This document shows, one piece after another, positions 38,101-53,300 of a stretch of DNA of 64,000 nt. The stretch lies in NCBI RefSeq assembly GCF_001194135.2, contig NC_068985.1, positions 118,083,125-118,147,124 on the forward strand. Direction: 5' to 3'. The notes below the pieces were generated by a model. That model searched no databases. It saw only the letters and a program-made list of their open reading frames with translations, and had not been told where the DNA came from. The stretch comes from Octopus bimaculoides (taxonomy: Eukaryota). Position 1 is the first letter of the stretch, and each line of letters begins with the position of its first letter. The position numbers and the translations under genes were made by a program.

Positions 38101-40032
38101 GGATACAATAATCCACTTTAGTAAAGGTGGAATCAACTAAAAGTTAAAAGTAGTAGGTGGAGAAACTTAGGAATTGAAAATTCCTTTTAAACTCTAATGT
38201 AAACGGCACCAGGACATAAAATATATTTAGCACAGAAGATGGTCAAGTAAATGAAATTTATGCAGGAGTTAACGATGATACTGAAAGATGTCAACTATTT
38301 CAAAATGAATAGATTGTGATTATTTAGATGATGGAAAATAACAATGAAATAATATTTACATTGGATTCTACTGAGAAAAGAAACAATTTCAAAAGAAATA
38401 GTAAAATGATAAGTCTTGGCCATAACCATATCAGTAAAGAGGATGAATCTGAGAAATGTGTAAGGATTCTTCCCATAAGAAAGATGTTAAATGCAGATAT
38501 TACTATATAGATAGTATAATGCTTGTCATACACTCATTCATGTAATTACACATGGATATATCATTGTTAATTTCTGAATATCAGTACTATTCTAATTACA
38601 ATAAAAGAGTTTTCATGTTTAATCCCACTGCACAACAATTTGGGCAAACTTTCTCTATACTTCACAGAGAGCAGTTAGTGTGTTCTGAAAGCGACCAACA
38701 CTAGNNNNNNNNNNNNNNNNNNNNNNNNNNNNNNNNNNNNNNNNNNNNNNNNNNNNNNNNNNNNNNNNNNNNNNNNNNNNNNNNNNNNNNNNNNNNNNNN
38801 NNNNNNNNNNNNNNNNNNNNNNNNNNNNNNNNNNNNNNNNNNNNNNNNNNNNNNNNNNNNNNNNNNNNNNNNNNNNNNNNNNNNNNNNNNNNNNNNNNNN
38901 NNNNNNNNNNNNNNNNNNNNNNNNNNNNNNNNNNNNNNNNNNNNNNNNNNNNNNNNNNNNNNNNNNNNNNNNNNNNNNNNNNNNNNNNNNNNNNNNNNNN
39001 NNNNNNNNNNNNNNNNNNNNNNNNNNNNNNNNNNNNNNNNNNNNNNNNNNNNNNNNNNNNTCTCTATACTTCACAGAGAGCAGTTAGTGTGTTCTGAAAG
39101 CGACCAACACTAGAGAGATAACCATGTTCTAGACAAGTCTAAAGGAATCGCATGACCACAAGTGACTGCTTGCTCACTAACTGTTTTACAAAGTGGTGAG
39201 GCACAACTGATAAAAGAGTTGAGTAATACAAGTATTTAGTATTTTGAGATTATATATATATATAAAGACATGGGACTTCACAACCCTATGTGTCAACTTA
39301 ATTTGTTACAGAAAGACTTAGGCATGAGTAATAGAAGCATGAATGAATAGTGATAAGTAATAAGAAGAAAGTATGATAGAGAATGAAAGATAAGCATGCT
39401 TAAAATTCAGAAATATGTATGTATAGTAAAGACATTATGGCCAAGAAGATAGGGGGCTGAGAGAAAGCAACATGACTAAGGAGCAATGATACAGACCCAG
39501 GATATGTAAAAGGAAAAGGAGCAAGAGTATGAGGGTAGGCAGTAAATTGGAGTGATAGAACAATAGGAGTGGGTAATGGTAGAATGTACAGGGCATAGTT
39601 AGTCCAGTGTAGACTCAGATGAACTGGGGTTCTAAGTATTCTGTAATCTAGATATATAATTAAAGCAACATGGTCAAGAGAAAAGCACAGTGGTAATAGA
39701 GAATATGACTCAGGAGATAGAGCAATGACATGAGATTCAGGATATGTTGGAGAATAATGGTGAAAAAACAGGTCACCTTTGTAAAAAATTGTGTTTAATG
39801 TTCATTATTATTAAATTTTTGTTCAGAAAGTGTTTCCATTACAAATTACTAATGCTTAAATATAGCATGATGGAGGGTGAAGACAGAGTTACTGAAGATA
39901 AGCGATCCAGAAGGGCAAGAGTAGATAGCAGGCAATATATAAAAACACGCACATATACATACATACACACACAATACAGTGATTCAACTATTGTGAGTAG
40001 ATTTGAAAGATGGAAACTTGAAAAGGTAGTCT

Positions 40033-40065
<33 letters not shown>

Positions 40066-43000
40066 CTGTATTTGTATACATCTGTCACTTGTTTGAAAGT
40101 CAATAACATTTGTGGTGTTCTGTTGCCATTTCTCATGATAATAAACCACCTGTTTACTTCCTACCCTCAAAGCCGTGTGGAATATAAAATCCCTTACTTG
40201 AAAAACAGGTAGGGATTAACATCAGAAAGAGCTATAAAACAATGCTTCAATAACATTCAACTAAACCAGTGGTTTCCAACCTTTTACTTGTGCATAGCCC
40301 TACTTGGAATCTTTACACCACCACCACCCCACATTAGTGAAGAAAATACTTCAATTAATAAATGGTTAATAGAAGAAACAAGCCACTTTTGAAAGAATCA
40401 AAAAACTTCAATAAAAATAAAATTTATAAAAATTATAAATAATCATGAAATTTTAAATTAGTTTTATTAGGTTGGTGCATAATTATTGCAACTTTTTTTC
40501 AATAAATTTTACTCAACAAAAACAATAACAACATTTAGCAAAAAACATCTTTAAATGATTATTCCAGAGCATATTCACCATCTGCTTCAATTACTGCTTT
40601 CCATTTGCTTGGCAGCCGGTTGGAATAATCATTTAAAGATGCTTTTGTTAAATGTTATTGTTGAATAAAATTAATTGAAAAAAGCCGCAATAATTATGCA
40701 CCAACCTAATATCATGAAATTTATTTCTATGAACAACAACTGAACAAAAATTTATAATAAACCTTAAAAAATATTTTTCAAAGGTGATCTGTTTTTTTAC
40801 AGCTAATGTAATAAAATCCAAAAAAAATATCAGTGTCAATTAATTGCACATTTATTCCCTATTCCTCTATTTAACAAAAGCTAAAATATTTTGTGGGATT
40901 AATAAAACAACCATTTAATCATACATTATTTTCCTGGTATACCATACATAACAAAAAACTTACACTAATATCCAGAAAATAATTTCTAAAAATATTACTT
41001 TTTGACCATAAAATAACATCCTTTAGCCAAAAAATCAGAGGAATGTGCCATATTTCTTTTTACTGTATTTATTCAATAAAATCTTTGTGATTGATGCAGT
41101 TTCACAAGTTTTTCAATATCAGGGTCCATGGTTGTTAGAGATGAACAAAAATCACCTCTACATACAATTTCTAAGAGATGTGAACTTTTGATAGCAGGAA
41201 TGATACTTAGTTAAACTGGACACAACTAGGTAAAAAGTAGGAAAGGTAATAGAACGAAATTTTACTTTCTGCTAAAGCAATGGGAATTTCATAGTAATTT
41301 CACTGTGTCAATAAGTTATCAAGTCCATGATTAAATTTAACTTGAATAGTTTGCTTACATTGCAATTCAATAACAAGGCTTTCTTGTTGCCCATATCAAC
41401 AACAAATGCATTTGTCCCAAATCAATCTACCACCCAACTTGGAATGCTCATTTCAAAGAAAACTTGGAACCTAGACTCCTAATCATTGTGCAGTTTTTTT
41501 AAGTGTTCAATGTACACTCAAATATCAACCTCTTGCAGCTCCTCCTCAGTAGCAACAAGAGTTGGAAAATGCATTAACTCCATCATCATCATCATCATCA
41601 TCGTTTAACGTCCGCTTTCCATGCTAGCATGGGTTGGACGATTTGACTGAGGACTGGTGAAACCGGATGGCAACACCAGGCTCGCGCCCAAGATTTGGTG
41701 ACACAAGAAATTTTTCGAGCGAGACCATTGCCAGTGCTCCTGGACTGGCTNNNNNNNNNNNNNNNNNNNNNNNNNNNNNNNNNNNNNNNNNNNNNNNNNN
41801 NNNNNNNNNNNNNNNNNNNNNNNNNNNNNNNNNNNNNNNNNNNNNNNNNNNNNNNNNNNNNNNNNNNNNNNNNNNNNNNNNNNNNNNNNNNNNNNNNNNN
41901 NNNNNNNNNNNNNNNNNNNNNNNNNNNNNNNNNNNNNNNNNNNNNNNNNNNNNNNNNNNNNNNNNNNNNTTTGTGCGGGTGGCACATGAAATGCACCATT
42001 TTGAGCGTGGCCGTTGCCAGTACCGCCTGACTGGCCTTCGTGCGGGTGACACGTAAAAGCACCCACTACACTCTCTGAGTGGTTGGCGTTAGGAAGGGCA
42101 TCCAGATGTAGAAACTCTGCCAAATCAGATTGGAGCCTGGTGTAGCCATCTGGTTTCACCAGTCCTCAGTCAAATCGTCCAACCCATGCTAGCATGGAAA
42201 GCGGACGTTAAACGACGACGACGATGAGATTAGGTTTTCTAAGGAAAGTATTAGTAGCCCCTTTTCAATTTAAAATGTCTATTTTAAATTTGTAGCTGTT
42301 TGTTCTGCAAATTTAGCTTTTTGAATATATCTATTTTGAATATATATTCAATAGCTAAGATTTCTTCTCTAAGCTGCTTGGCATTCATGACTGTTACAAC
42401 ACTGTCCCAAAGTTCACTGAAGTTATGCAAGCAATTAGCCTTAGTGATTGTCACCAGTTGTACGAACTTCAAAGCAATAACATAATATTGAATTTATACA
42501 AGATTTTCAAGTTCAATTTAATACTTGATCAATGATAAATTATCATCATCATTTAACATCCATTTTCCATGCTGACATGGACTGGACAGCTTGACAGGAA
42601 CTGGCAAGCCCAGGGGCCATACCAGTTCCCACAGTCAATTTTGACTTGGTTTCTATGGCTGGATGCCCTTCCTAACACCAGCCACTTTATAGAGTGTGCT
42701 GGGTACTTCTTATGTGGCACCATCACCAGTGCTTTTTACATGGCACCTTGGTTTTAGGATATTAATCCTTTTGTAGTAGTGGGTGGGTCTTCTCAAGCAT
42801 AGTAATGCGCCACATATCTCAGTTTTCTGCTATCTCCTTCATAAGGCTCAGTGCTTTGAGATCAGCAATCAATATTTCCTCCCATGTCTTCCTGAGCCTC
42901 CCTCTTCCACAACTTCCCGGTACTTCTGTATGCAGCTGCCTACATCCATATGCATTACATGACCAAACCAGCACAGACTTCTCTCTTGCACACTGCATGT

Positions 43001-44341
43001 AATTCTTCTTATACTTAACTTTTTTTCTCAATACTACTGCTCTGTAGCACATGTACACTGATATTGCACATCCAGCAGAGTATACCAGTTTCATTCTTCA
43101 CTAGTCTTCGCATGACTTCTGCATTCAGGGCCCACGTTTTACAACCATACAGCATAGCAGTTCATACACATGCATCATACAATCTTCCTTTCATTCAGAA
43201 AGAGATCTTTGGTTACCAACAGAGGTAAAAGCTCTCTGAACTTTCCCCATCTTATCCTTATTTGTTATAACAGAAGATATAAAAAATGAATTGTGTGTGT
43301 AAATTTGAAAGAACAAGAGACAGTAATAGAAAATTTTAGGAACAGCGTGGTAGTTATGTGGCCCCCTTCACTAAACCTATGACCCCTCCATTCCCTAATT
43401 GTTCTGTAGCTCCATTGAACTCTGCCGTGGCCCATTTGAGGTTATATGGCACGAGTTGGGAAACACTGGTCTAATTTATGCCAGCATGGAAAAACAAACA
43501 TAAAATTAATAAACAAACACACATACACATGCCAAAAAGGAAGGAACAAATGAAGACAGTGTAGGATCAAGGGGTCTTATTTTCATTGGAGAAAACCTCA
43601 CAAGTGCTCTACACAGGTAAAATAGTATAAAAGTCAAGTACCTTCTTTCAACTAACTCAAAATTAATTATATAAACATAGTAACAATTCAAATAATAGTA
43701 ACACAAAATTACTATATCCTCACTTTATAAGTAAACAATATAATCACTAGATCTGCATGGGTGGTTGAACCTTGTGGATAATGCAACAACAAAGTGATGA
43801 AAATGTGAACAAGTGCCTAAGCTGCTTGCCCTTTCTGTCCCATCAAAAATAGGTGCAGGTGTGGCTGTGTGATTAAGAAGCTTGCTTTCCAACCATGAAG
43901 TCTCAGTTTCAGTTCCACTGTGCAGCATCTTGAGCAAATGTTGCTCAAGGCTGACCAAAGCCTTGTGTGAGTGGATTTGGAAGACAGAAACTGAAGGAAG
44001 CTTGTCATGTATGTGTGTGTGTGTACCCTTGTTTCGACATCCTGATTGTAAACGAGCATCACTGTCATATAAGTGGTGTTCATTTCCAGCCCTCTGTAAA
44101 AAATATGTGTCTGTGCAAAAAAAATTAATTGCTCGAAAACAAGTCAGGATTGGCAACAGGAAAGGCATCCAGCCATAGAAAATCTGCCTCAATAAATTCT
44201 CTCTGATCCATGCAAGCATGGAAATGTGGATATTAAATAATGACATACATACACATCCACACAAATATAAATATTCATGCGCACACATGGCTTCTTTACA
44301 ACTCCCTGCCAACTACTTGTCAAAACTATCCTAATTAAACT

Positions 44342-44383
<42 letters not shown>

Positions 44384-47300
44384 ACAGGCAGGAGAATATG
44401 TGTCATATATTTGATGTTATCTTTATTGTACCCCTACCATTGCTAGTCAATTTCAATGTTTCTCAATTGGTTTTAACTTCTTATCATAACTCTCTCTGTA
44501 TCCCGCTTTTACTTGTTTTTCTCTCTCTCTATACAAAATAAAGTGTGACCGGAACAATCAACCAACATTTATAATGGCTATTATAATATGAGATGCATAT
44601 TTCCTTTAATATAAGCTAGTGTAATTTAAGAGAGATTTGGTTGCTATATCTAACTGGTCAAACGATCATGAGAAAGCTCTGTTATTGGCTCCAAGGAGCT
44701 GTAATTTTGAGAAGGGTTAATCAGATACAGGGGAGGTGAGAGTGCTTAGTATGGATTAATGAAAGAAGAGAGGCAGCTGCATCAGTTAGTTCAAAACAGC
44801 AAGGACTGTCATAGTAATAGAAGAAAGGGAGAGGATGCGCACAACATATTGTTGTGTAGATAGTTGTAGTGTAATGGTGGTATTAATAGTCAAGACTGAT
44901 CTCAATACCATAGTTGATTTATCTACTAGCTAATAAGAGGAGGATGGAGAGAATCAATAATGGGTGACATGTAGGCTTCATCTAAGAACAAATATAAGTA
45001 AAACAAGTGCTGACAATACCGAGGCTGTGGAGTCGAAGTTGTAAGTAATTATTGGGGAGCTGGAGTTGGTAAAAATGTACCAACTCCAACTAAATGTAAA
45101 GTGCAATACATTAAAATTCATAATTCCACAAACAATGGTTTCAAATTTTGGCATAATGCCAGAAATTTCAGGGAAGGAGCTAAATCAATTAGACTGACCC
45201 CAGTGCTCAACTGGTACTTTTTTATTGATCCCAAAAGGATGAAAGGCAAAGTCAACTCCAGTGGAATTTGAACTCAAAACAAAGATGGACATGCTAACAT
45301 TTCTGTCAGCTCAACAATCAAATCAGATTTAAGAGCTTCTATAAAATAGGTTCTGATAGAAGCAATACAGTTTCTAAAAGCAAGATGTCAACAAACGTTG
45401 AATTTGCATTTTTGATATAACCGTAATTCTACAAACAAAATGTTTCTTTAATATATTTTGAAGGGATAAATTTTACAATATGATTTATTTCAATTAATGT
45501 AATTCTTCACATCCCATTCAAACAATATTTTAATCTAGGAAAGGAATGACTATGTATTTACTTCAGCTTATGTCTGTTAAAAGGGTGATTTCTCAAGTTG
45601 CCTTAGGTGTTAAGTCAATTAGTTTTAGCTTTGATGTACTTGAAACTGGTAAGCAAAAGATGCTCTGGACTTTCTTTCATAGTATTTATTGTTTGTTTCT
45701 TTTATATCCCTTTACAACACTTTGGTAAAAATATCGTTTGTTTTTTTTTTTTTTCCAAAATAATGTTGTAAGCTTTGTCTTATGCTTAAACGTTTGTAAC
45801 TTCTTAAATAATATTTTTAAAAAGCCACAATGGCAGAGCTAATGCCTTTATATGCAAACTAATAGGTGAGGGTGTTAAAAAGTAGCCTGATGACTACTTT
45901 TTTAAGCCATATATATTGTGTGCTTTGAATTTAAACGCTAATATATGATTAGTCTACAAATGGAGTTGTAACTGGTAGTACCATAAATTGATGAGTTGGA
46001 GTTAAAGGTTTTGTCGACTTCACAGCCCTGGATTATACTATGTAATAAGAAGCACAAAATTAATTAAAACAAAAACTTACAGTTCGCTTTAGACTAACTT
46101 CACTTGATGGGTGAATTCTAGATTGATGTCTGTTGTTTACCTGGAAATTAAAAAAAACTATTAAACTACACTACAAATCGTAATAAGAACACAAATATGT
46201 ACAAAATTCCTTCCCTGTTCACATTACCCCTAACAAATATCTACCCACACAAGTTCAAATTAGACATATACAACATATTCCATTTTCATACTATCCCCTA
46301 GTCTATCAATGTACAGTCCTCTTTTCTAACACTACCACTAATAACGAAGTTGAGTTGGTTGCTTAACCCAGATTTTTGAAACTGTTTCATATCTCCCAAC
46401 AAAGTGGCTGCTTGAGGACTGATTTATTACTGGTTACTTGCTGCCATATTGAGAGTGACTCCCTCACCTCACAAAAAAATGAATACCTTGAGTCCTATTA
46501 CATGAGAGATGATGTTATTTCAATTAAATATTGTGCTTGTTTTTATAATGGCTTGGTTAATTGGACTGAACCTAGAATCATGTAGCTGGAAAACAAACAA
46601 ACTTTACATTTAGACATGCCTGCACTCATGCTTTATCAAATGCATGCAATTAACTTAATAACTTAATGAACTGAGAAGAAAAAATTACCAGAAAAGTGAA
46701 CAGAGATATTTACCGTACGAATGATATTGGCCCCAGCTGTAGTCATTTTCCCTGGTACAGAGTCCTTAAATGACTGTGGTTTCCCTAAACCCATTATTGT
46801 TACCTTTGGGTTGTTTTGACTATTTAGATTCAATTTATGATTCATGATAATTTTCTTCCTAGCATCTTGAACATATTTCTTTGCTTGAGAGTTTTGGATT
46901 TTATGTCTTGCATCAACAACATTACTTCCAATTTTTTCCCTAGCATCTTTGAAGGATTTTGCAGACAATTTCAAGCGGGCATCAAACTGAAGTAATGCTG
47001 GCTTTCGTTGAGGAGCTTTAACATGTTGATTGTAAACTTGCTGCTTGTGACTTGAAGGATTCTGATTGCCACTACTAAGCCGTTGTTTTGCTGGTGGCCT
47101 TTGATTAGAATGGTAAAGGGATTTCTTTGTCATAGGTTTTAAGTTACGAGAAAGTGAATTGGTTTTCAACAATGGCTGCAAGCGTTTGTTTTTCCAAGAT
47201 TTTCCTTGTCTGAAATTAAACCAAATTGAAGAAAATAAATAAATAATGAGATATCTTCTGAAAATGAATATATTATTTTAATAAGTGACAACTAGCAAGG

Positions 47301-50300
47301 TTACAAATTGATTTTGGAGATGAAACAATCAGTTACATCAACTCTCATAGTTAAACCAAGAAGGATCAAAGCTAAAAATCAATCTTAGATGTTGATTTAA
47401 ACTTAGACAGTAAAGGAATGTAACCACATATCAGAAGACATTTTTTCCAACACACTACTGATTCTACTAGGTTGAATTTTCCATGGTCACACTAACCACA
47501 ATCTACTGGCAAATGTGTATTCATGAAACTATTTTCTTTGGTTAAATTAACCTTTCTTTGGTTTCTTGAAGTATCAAGCTCAAAGTAATTAATTACTGAC
47601 TGAGAAATGAATTACTACCAAACTTTGTCCAGTGATCTAAATAATCTGTTATTGAATATGATTTGAGGAAGATTTGGTTGCTGTTTCTAGCAAATTATGT
47701 AAAGGTCCTCCTATTGGTTTGTTTGCACAAATTTGTTGCTGAGTGGATTTTTGTGGTCTCTATGACAAACAACTTAACCATAAGAACATCAAGCCTGTTG
47801 ACTTGAGCCTATTCATTGAGAAAATATTTGTACTGTGTAATGGTTTGAAAATCAATAAAATTTATATTGTATATCATTATGCAATATATAGATGCAACAA
47901 GAGCCATATGGTTCATGTGGCTCCAGATCTGACCCTTCACCTCCATGTAGCACCATGGGCAGGTGCCTTCTACTGTAGGTTGACCTACAAGTTGTAAATG
48001 AAATTTAGTAGATGGAAACTGTATGGAAGCATGCAAACAAATATGTGATCATCTAAACCTCTTGAATATGGTACTCAGTCTAATGGCTGAAATCAGTAGA
48101 AGAGTAAGATATTTTGTGAGTAGGGTGATACACTGCACAACAATTTTGTCAAGTGTTTTGATGGGAGATCCAAGAGTATGCTGAACTGAAATACGGAATA
48201 AAATTTTTCCAATAAAGCTTAGTTTTCTTGTGATGCAATGTTCATTTTATTCACATTTTGTTTAATCAGCACATAAAATATATTAATATATGTTGTAGTT
48301 ATTTATTATGGCAAATTAGTACAATTTATTCCTTAGAAAGAAAGTTTTTATAATGCTGGCAGGATAAATTTGGTCATGCCAACAGACTGTTCAAGTTGAA
48401 ATATGTTCAGACTTGTTCAGATGAGCCTAGAATTTGTCTGTAGATCAACTGCAAGACATTCTGCTTGTAAATGCCAATGTTAACAGGTAGTGTGTGCTGA
48501 GTTAAGCCAGTGGTGTGTTCTTGTAGATGCTTTGTCAAACTGCTGAACTGTTGGAGGGTAAAGTTCAGCGAGCTCCTATCTTTGCTGGTGACAAAGGGCC
48601 TCTCACTCAGAGTAAAAGGTAGACTATGACGCATGTGTACAAACAGCCATGCTACATGGCAGTGAAACATGGGTCATGACTGCTGAGGACATGCTTAAGC
48701 TTGCAAGGAATGAAGCCAATATGCTCCGCTGGATGTGTAATGTCAGCATGCATACACAACAGAGTGTAAGCACTCTGAGAGAAAAGTTTTTAAGAAGCAT
48801 CAGATGTGGTGTGCAAGAGAGATGACTGTGCTCGTATGGGCATGTGTTGCAAATGAATGAGGACAACTGTGTGAAAAAGTGTCACACCCTAGCAGTTGAG
48901 GGAACCTGTGGAAGAGGTAGACCCAGGAAGACCTGCGATGAGGTGGTGAAGCATGACCTTCAAACATTGGGCCTTACCCAGGCAATGACTAGTGACAGAG
49001 ACCTTTGGAGATATGCTGTGCTTGAGAAGACCAGACAAGTCAAGTGAGACCATAACCCGTGGCCTATGCCAGTGGGTGTAACCAGCCCACTTATGAGTAC
49101 CCCTCATTCATTGGACAATAAACTTTGCTTGCGAAGACCTGTTGCAGCAAGTGAAATCAAAATCACTGACATGGCTGATGACAGTACCGCTTGATTGGCA
49201 CTCGTGCCAGTAGAAGGTTAAAAGCACCATCCGAGTGTGACTGTTGCCAGGGCCACTGATTGGCTCCCATGCTGGTGGCACATGTGCTGCATTGTCAAGT
49301 AAATGAGAGGCATCTTTGCCTCCACTGATTCAGTTGCAAAGTGTTCAGTAAAGTTATTTGGTCGCAGACCTCCTTTGAGTCTTTTTATTATTACTGGGTC
49401 ACACATAGTCCCCAGATGGTAACATTGATTTTAAGGCCTTCCCAGATGAGTGACTGGTTATTCAAAGACATTTATAGATTGTAAATTTATTCTATCCAGT
49501 TACCTATTGGTATAGTGATCATTTGAAAACTCCAGAAGTGACACTTTCATTCCTCCTTAGCCCTCACATCAGACAGTTGTTAATGTTTATTTGAGTTGGC
49601 TCATGTCCTTCCAATTGCTACAGATCTGTAATGCATCTTACGGCTGTGCTTGTCAGCTGTATGGTGAGGAATCCTACATTGGGAGTGGTAACGACTATGG
49701 TAGGGTAGCTGACTGCTTATTGTGATCATTCGTCTTTTGGTTTCCTGTAGCTTTGCTCTCTTTTACAAACCCAGTGAACACACATATATTTCCAATTTCA
49801 AAGAAATACAAACAATAGCTATAAGACCCAAGTTAAAAAGATTCTCAACAATTCAACTTTTCTGGTTGACATTAAGACAGCCACCCTCAATAGGGGCCTT
49901 AACTCCCACATTTTAGAGCTCCATCACCTCCATTTTTCAGGAGCAAAATCCTTTTAATAGGTTCCATAAGACTGGAATTTTGGAATCTGCGCATAAAGAT
50001 CAGTAGTATGGAATACACGTGTCATGATTAGAATTTTTTTAGGGTGTGTAAAGAGGGAAAGAACCCTCATCTGCAATTTTGATGAAATTCAAATCATAGG
50101 TATCCCAGTTCATTAGAGAAAATATAACAGAAAAGTCTAATTCTTCAATTGCATGTAACACGGGCAATGCCAGGTATCTCTGCTAGTGCATATATACACA
50201 CACACACACTATATATATATATATATATTATAGATATGTATGTATATATGTATGCCTGTCCTCAGTCAAATCGTCCAACCCATGCTAGCATGGAAAGCGG

Positions 50301-53300
50301 ACGTTAAACGATGATGATGATGATGATGATGATGTATATATGTGAGATAATAGTTTCAGTATTAAAGTGAAATTATTGAAGCGAAAATATCTGACATTAC
50401 AATAGAGAGATGTTATTGTTTCACTTTTGGCACGTAATACTGAAATAGTAGAGGAGATATGATATTGCTCTGGGCTCACACTAGGCAATAAGTTAAAAAT
50501 TTTTTTGGTCTATGACACTACATGGACCCTAAGTAAGGCATGTGTAAAATTTGAATGTAGTTCTCAAGTTTTAGGGATTCACACAGACAGACAGACACAT
50601 TCTCATCTTTAAATATATAGATTCTTAAGGGAAGAAAGATTTGAAGGAGACTTGAATGAAGTTGAGCTGCATAACAATTTTCAAAAGTATCTGTTTTTGG
50701 GAAATCAAAATACTAAGAACTATTTTGAAACAATAGGTAATCTTAAATCTTACCAAGTGATGGGTACAGTGTGTCATTAAAATTTTTGTTTGGAGTGACT
50801 TTCTCTCTTTTTTTTTTATTAGAAAAACTGGGTCTGGTGAGCATTTCCTCTAGGATATTTCTACCATAGAAAAAGCATTACCAAGGCAACTAGAGCTTAA
50901 GTATGCTTGCTGACCATTGCTAGACCCTGAAGCAAAATATAGTAGAAAATCAAACTAGGCGACTTTTTTTAACCAAGCATGTCTTTTCCATTGTATTTTA
51001 AGATGTGTAATTATAAGGGTCATTAAAAATTAAATTGCACACCACACAAAAACCTGATCTGATAGAGAAATGTTATTAATTTATTTGGATTCAGTAAATA
51101 ACTAAAAAACAAAAAACTGAGAATCAGGTATTTTCATTCTTGGGACACAAAACTTGTTTTGTTGCTCACTCTATTCAGTTACAAAATAAAAACAGTAGAG
51201 CAATTAATTTCAATTCCATATGTCATACATAAATTCCATTTTCCTTAAAATTATATATTATACATGACAATATATCATAATTTCAAATTTCAAAAATTAT
51301 CCTCACAAAATTCCTTCCATACAGTTAATTCAATAAAAACAGTAGTTTTGCTTATATTGCTACTGGCACTGGAGGAAATAAGAGAGAGAGTTTGCTTATA
51401 TTACTTTGAATATGAATTCTGCAATTTGTAGAATTGACTTTTACCCATCAGAATTTGGCTTGAACAGTTGTACAATGATTATTGAAATTTGTGCAATTTT
51501 TTTTTCTTTTTGTTAGATTAATAATTTACCCTAATATACAAAATTTGGTACTCCTTTCTAATATTTCTCCATGGGGTTGGTGTATACAAGGTTCAAAATA
51601 TTCTTGAGATAGGGGGTGGGCTGAGATTTCTTCAACAGCTAAATATTTTGACCACATTTATTTTCTGATTCTAAACGTCGATGTTTAAGACTATTAATGA
51701 CACAATAGGCAGAGATGAGGGTAAAGGTAAATTTTCTTGTAGTCAAGTATGTTGCTATCTACGAACTTACCAAGAATAATCATTTCTTCTATGGATTTCA
51801 AACACTAACATAAAACCATTAATTTCGACCTCAAAACTTGAAGGGGGGGGGGGTTATCGACCACAATGTTTAAAAATATAACAAAACACTACAGACATTT
51901 TTGTCTGGCACGCTTTCTATTCTGTTATCATCCATCATTCACAATAGAAGATTCCAAATGTGTGTACAGGTCATACATCTGTGGAGAAGAGTGTAACTGA
52001 TTGTTATACCGACCTCAGTACCTTCACTAACTTATTTCACAGACAATGAAAGAATAAACCGTAAGGACAAACTCAACGAATTTTGAACTTGGAATAGAAG
52101 AAGTTGCGAGGCAACGCTCTACCAATTCTGCTATCCATTCGTCTTCGATAATAACAATCTAAGGGGAATAACCAAAACTTAAACTGCGGAATCCTATTGT
52201 ACACTTGAAATATATTTTTGCATGTTTGCTCACTTTATTGCAATATTTATTTATGCGTTTCAGCCAAGTGCTGCGGTCATGCTGGAGCACCACAAAAAAA
52301 AGCGAGAAGAAACAAAGAGAAACTGATAAATATATTATCAGTGTGACTTTGTTAAACCACGACAGCTTCGACGTTTACTTGAGAAGCACCTTTCTAAATA
52401 TCGAGCTAATTTAAAATTAGTTGCGAACACATACATTTAAAAGAGAAACAATTGCCTTAATGAGTTAAGCGAACACAGATTGAAATGAATAGTGAATTTA
52501 AATGTAAATTTATTTTACACACCAAACCGAGTACAGTTGTTAAGATGTTACTTTATTATCCATTGCAGTATTCATATTTAAGCAGAAAAGATATTTCCTC
52601 CGAATTCTTCTTAGTCTAACTTCAAAGCGAAGCATCTTATCAGGAATGTTGATCAGATGAGCCCAAAAGAACAAGTCTGTAGTGATGCGATAAGGATTAC
52701 ACTCCTAGTTCATTCATTTATAGATGAATGTATTGTTGTTGGCACTCCGTCGCTTACGACGTCGAGGGTTCCAGTTGATCCGATCAACGGAACAGCCTGC
52801 TCGTGAAATTAACATGCAAGTGGCTGAGCACTCCACAGACACGGGGATATTCAGCGTGACACAGTGTGACAAGGCTGACCCTTTGAATTACAGGCACAAC
52901 AGAAACAGGAAGTAAGAGTGAGAGAAAGTTGTGGTGGAAGAGTACAGCAGGGTTCGCCACCATCCCCTGCCGGAGCCTTGTGGAGCTTTAGGTGTTTCCG
53001 CTCAATAAACACTCACAACGCCCGGTCTGGGAATCGAAACCGCGATCCTATGACCTATCCACTGGGCCATTGCGCCTCCACAGATGAATGCATATTCACA
53101 GTTTAATGGAATTTAGGGGAATTTTTGCAATATAATTGTAGTTTATCAACTACAACGGGATGGAAAATTAATTCAAGCCTACACGAGATTTCAACACAAT
53201 GGTAGCAGTACTCAGTAGTAGAACCAAACACAGCTGATGTCAAATAATCAAGCAAATACAAATTCAATAAAATAAAAAAAAGAAATGGAAGTAAAAGATA

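Noticed and set aside
38221-38510. Acidic plus-strand ORF-like stretch (MMENNNEIIFTLDSTE...)
   Set aside because: Short, interrupted and antisense to POLDIP3; at most a decayed piggyBac N-terminus; insufficient support.
40267-43468. hAT-like ends (cagtggtttccaac ... gttgggaaacactg) as one 3.2-kb element
   Set aside because: The flanking 8-mers (aactaaac vs gtctaatt) do not form a TSD; probably separate MITE fragments.
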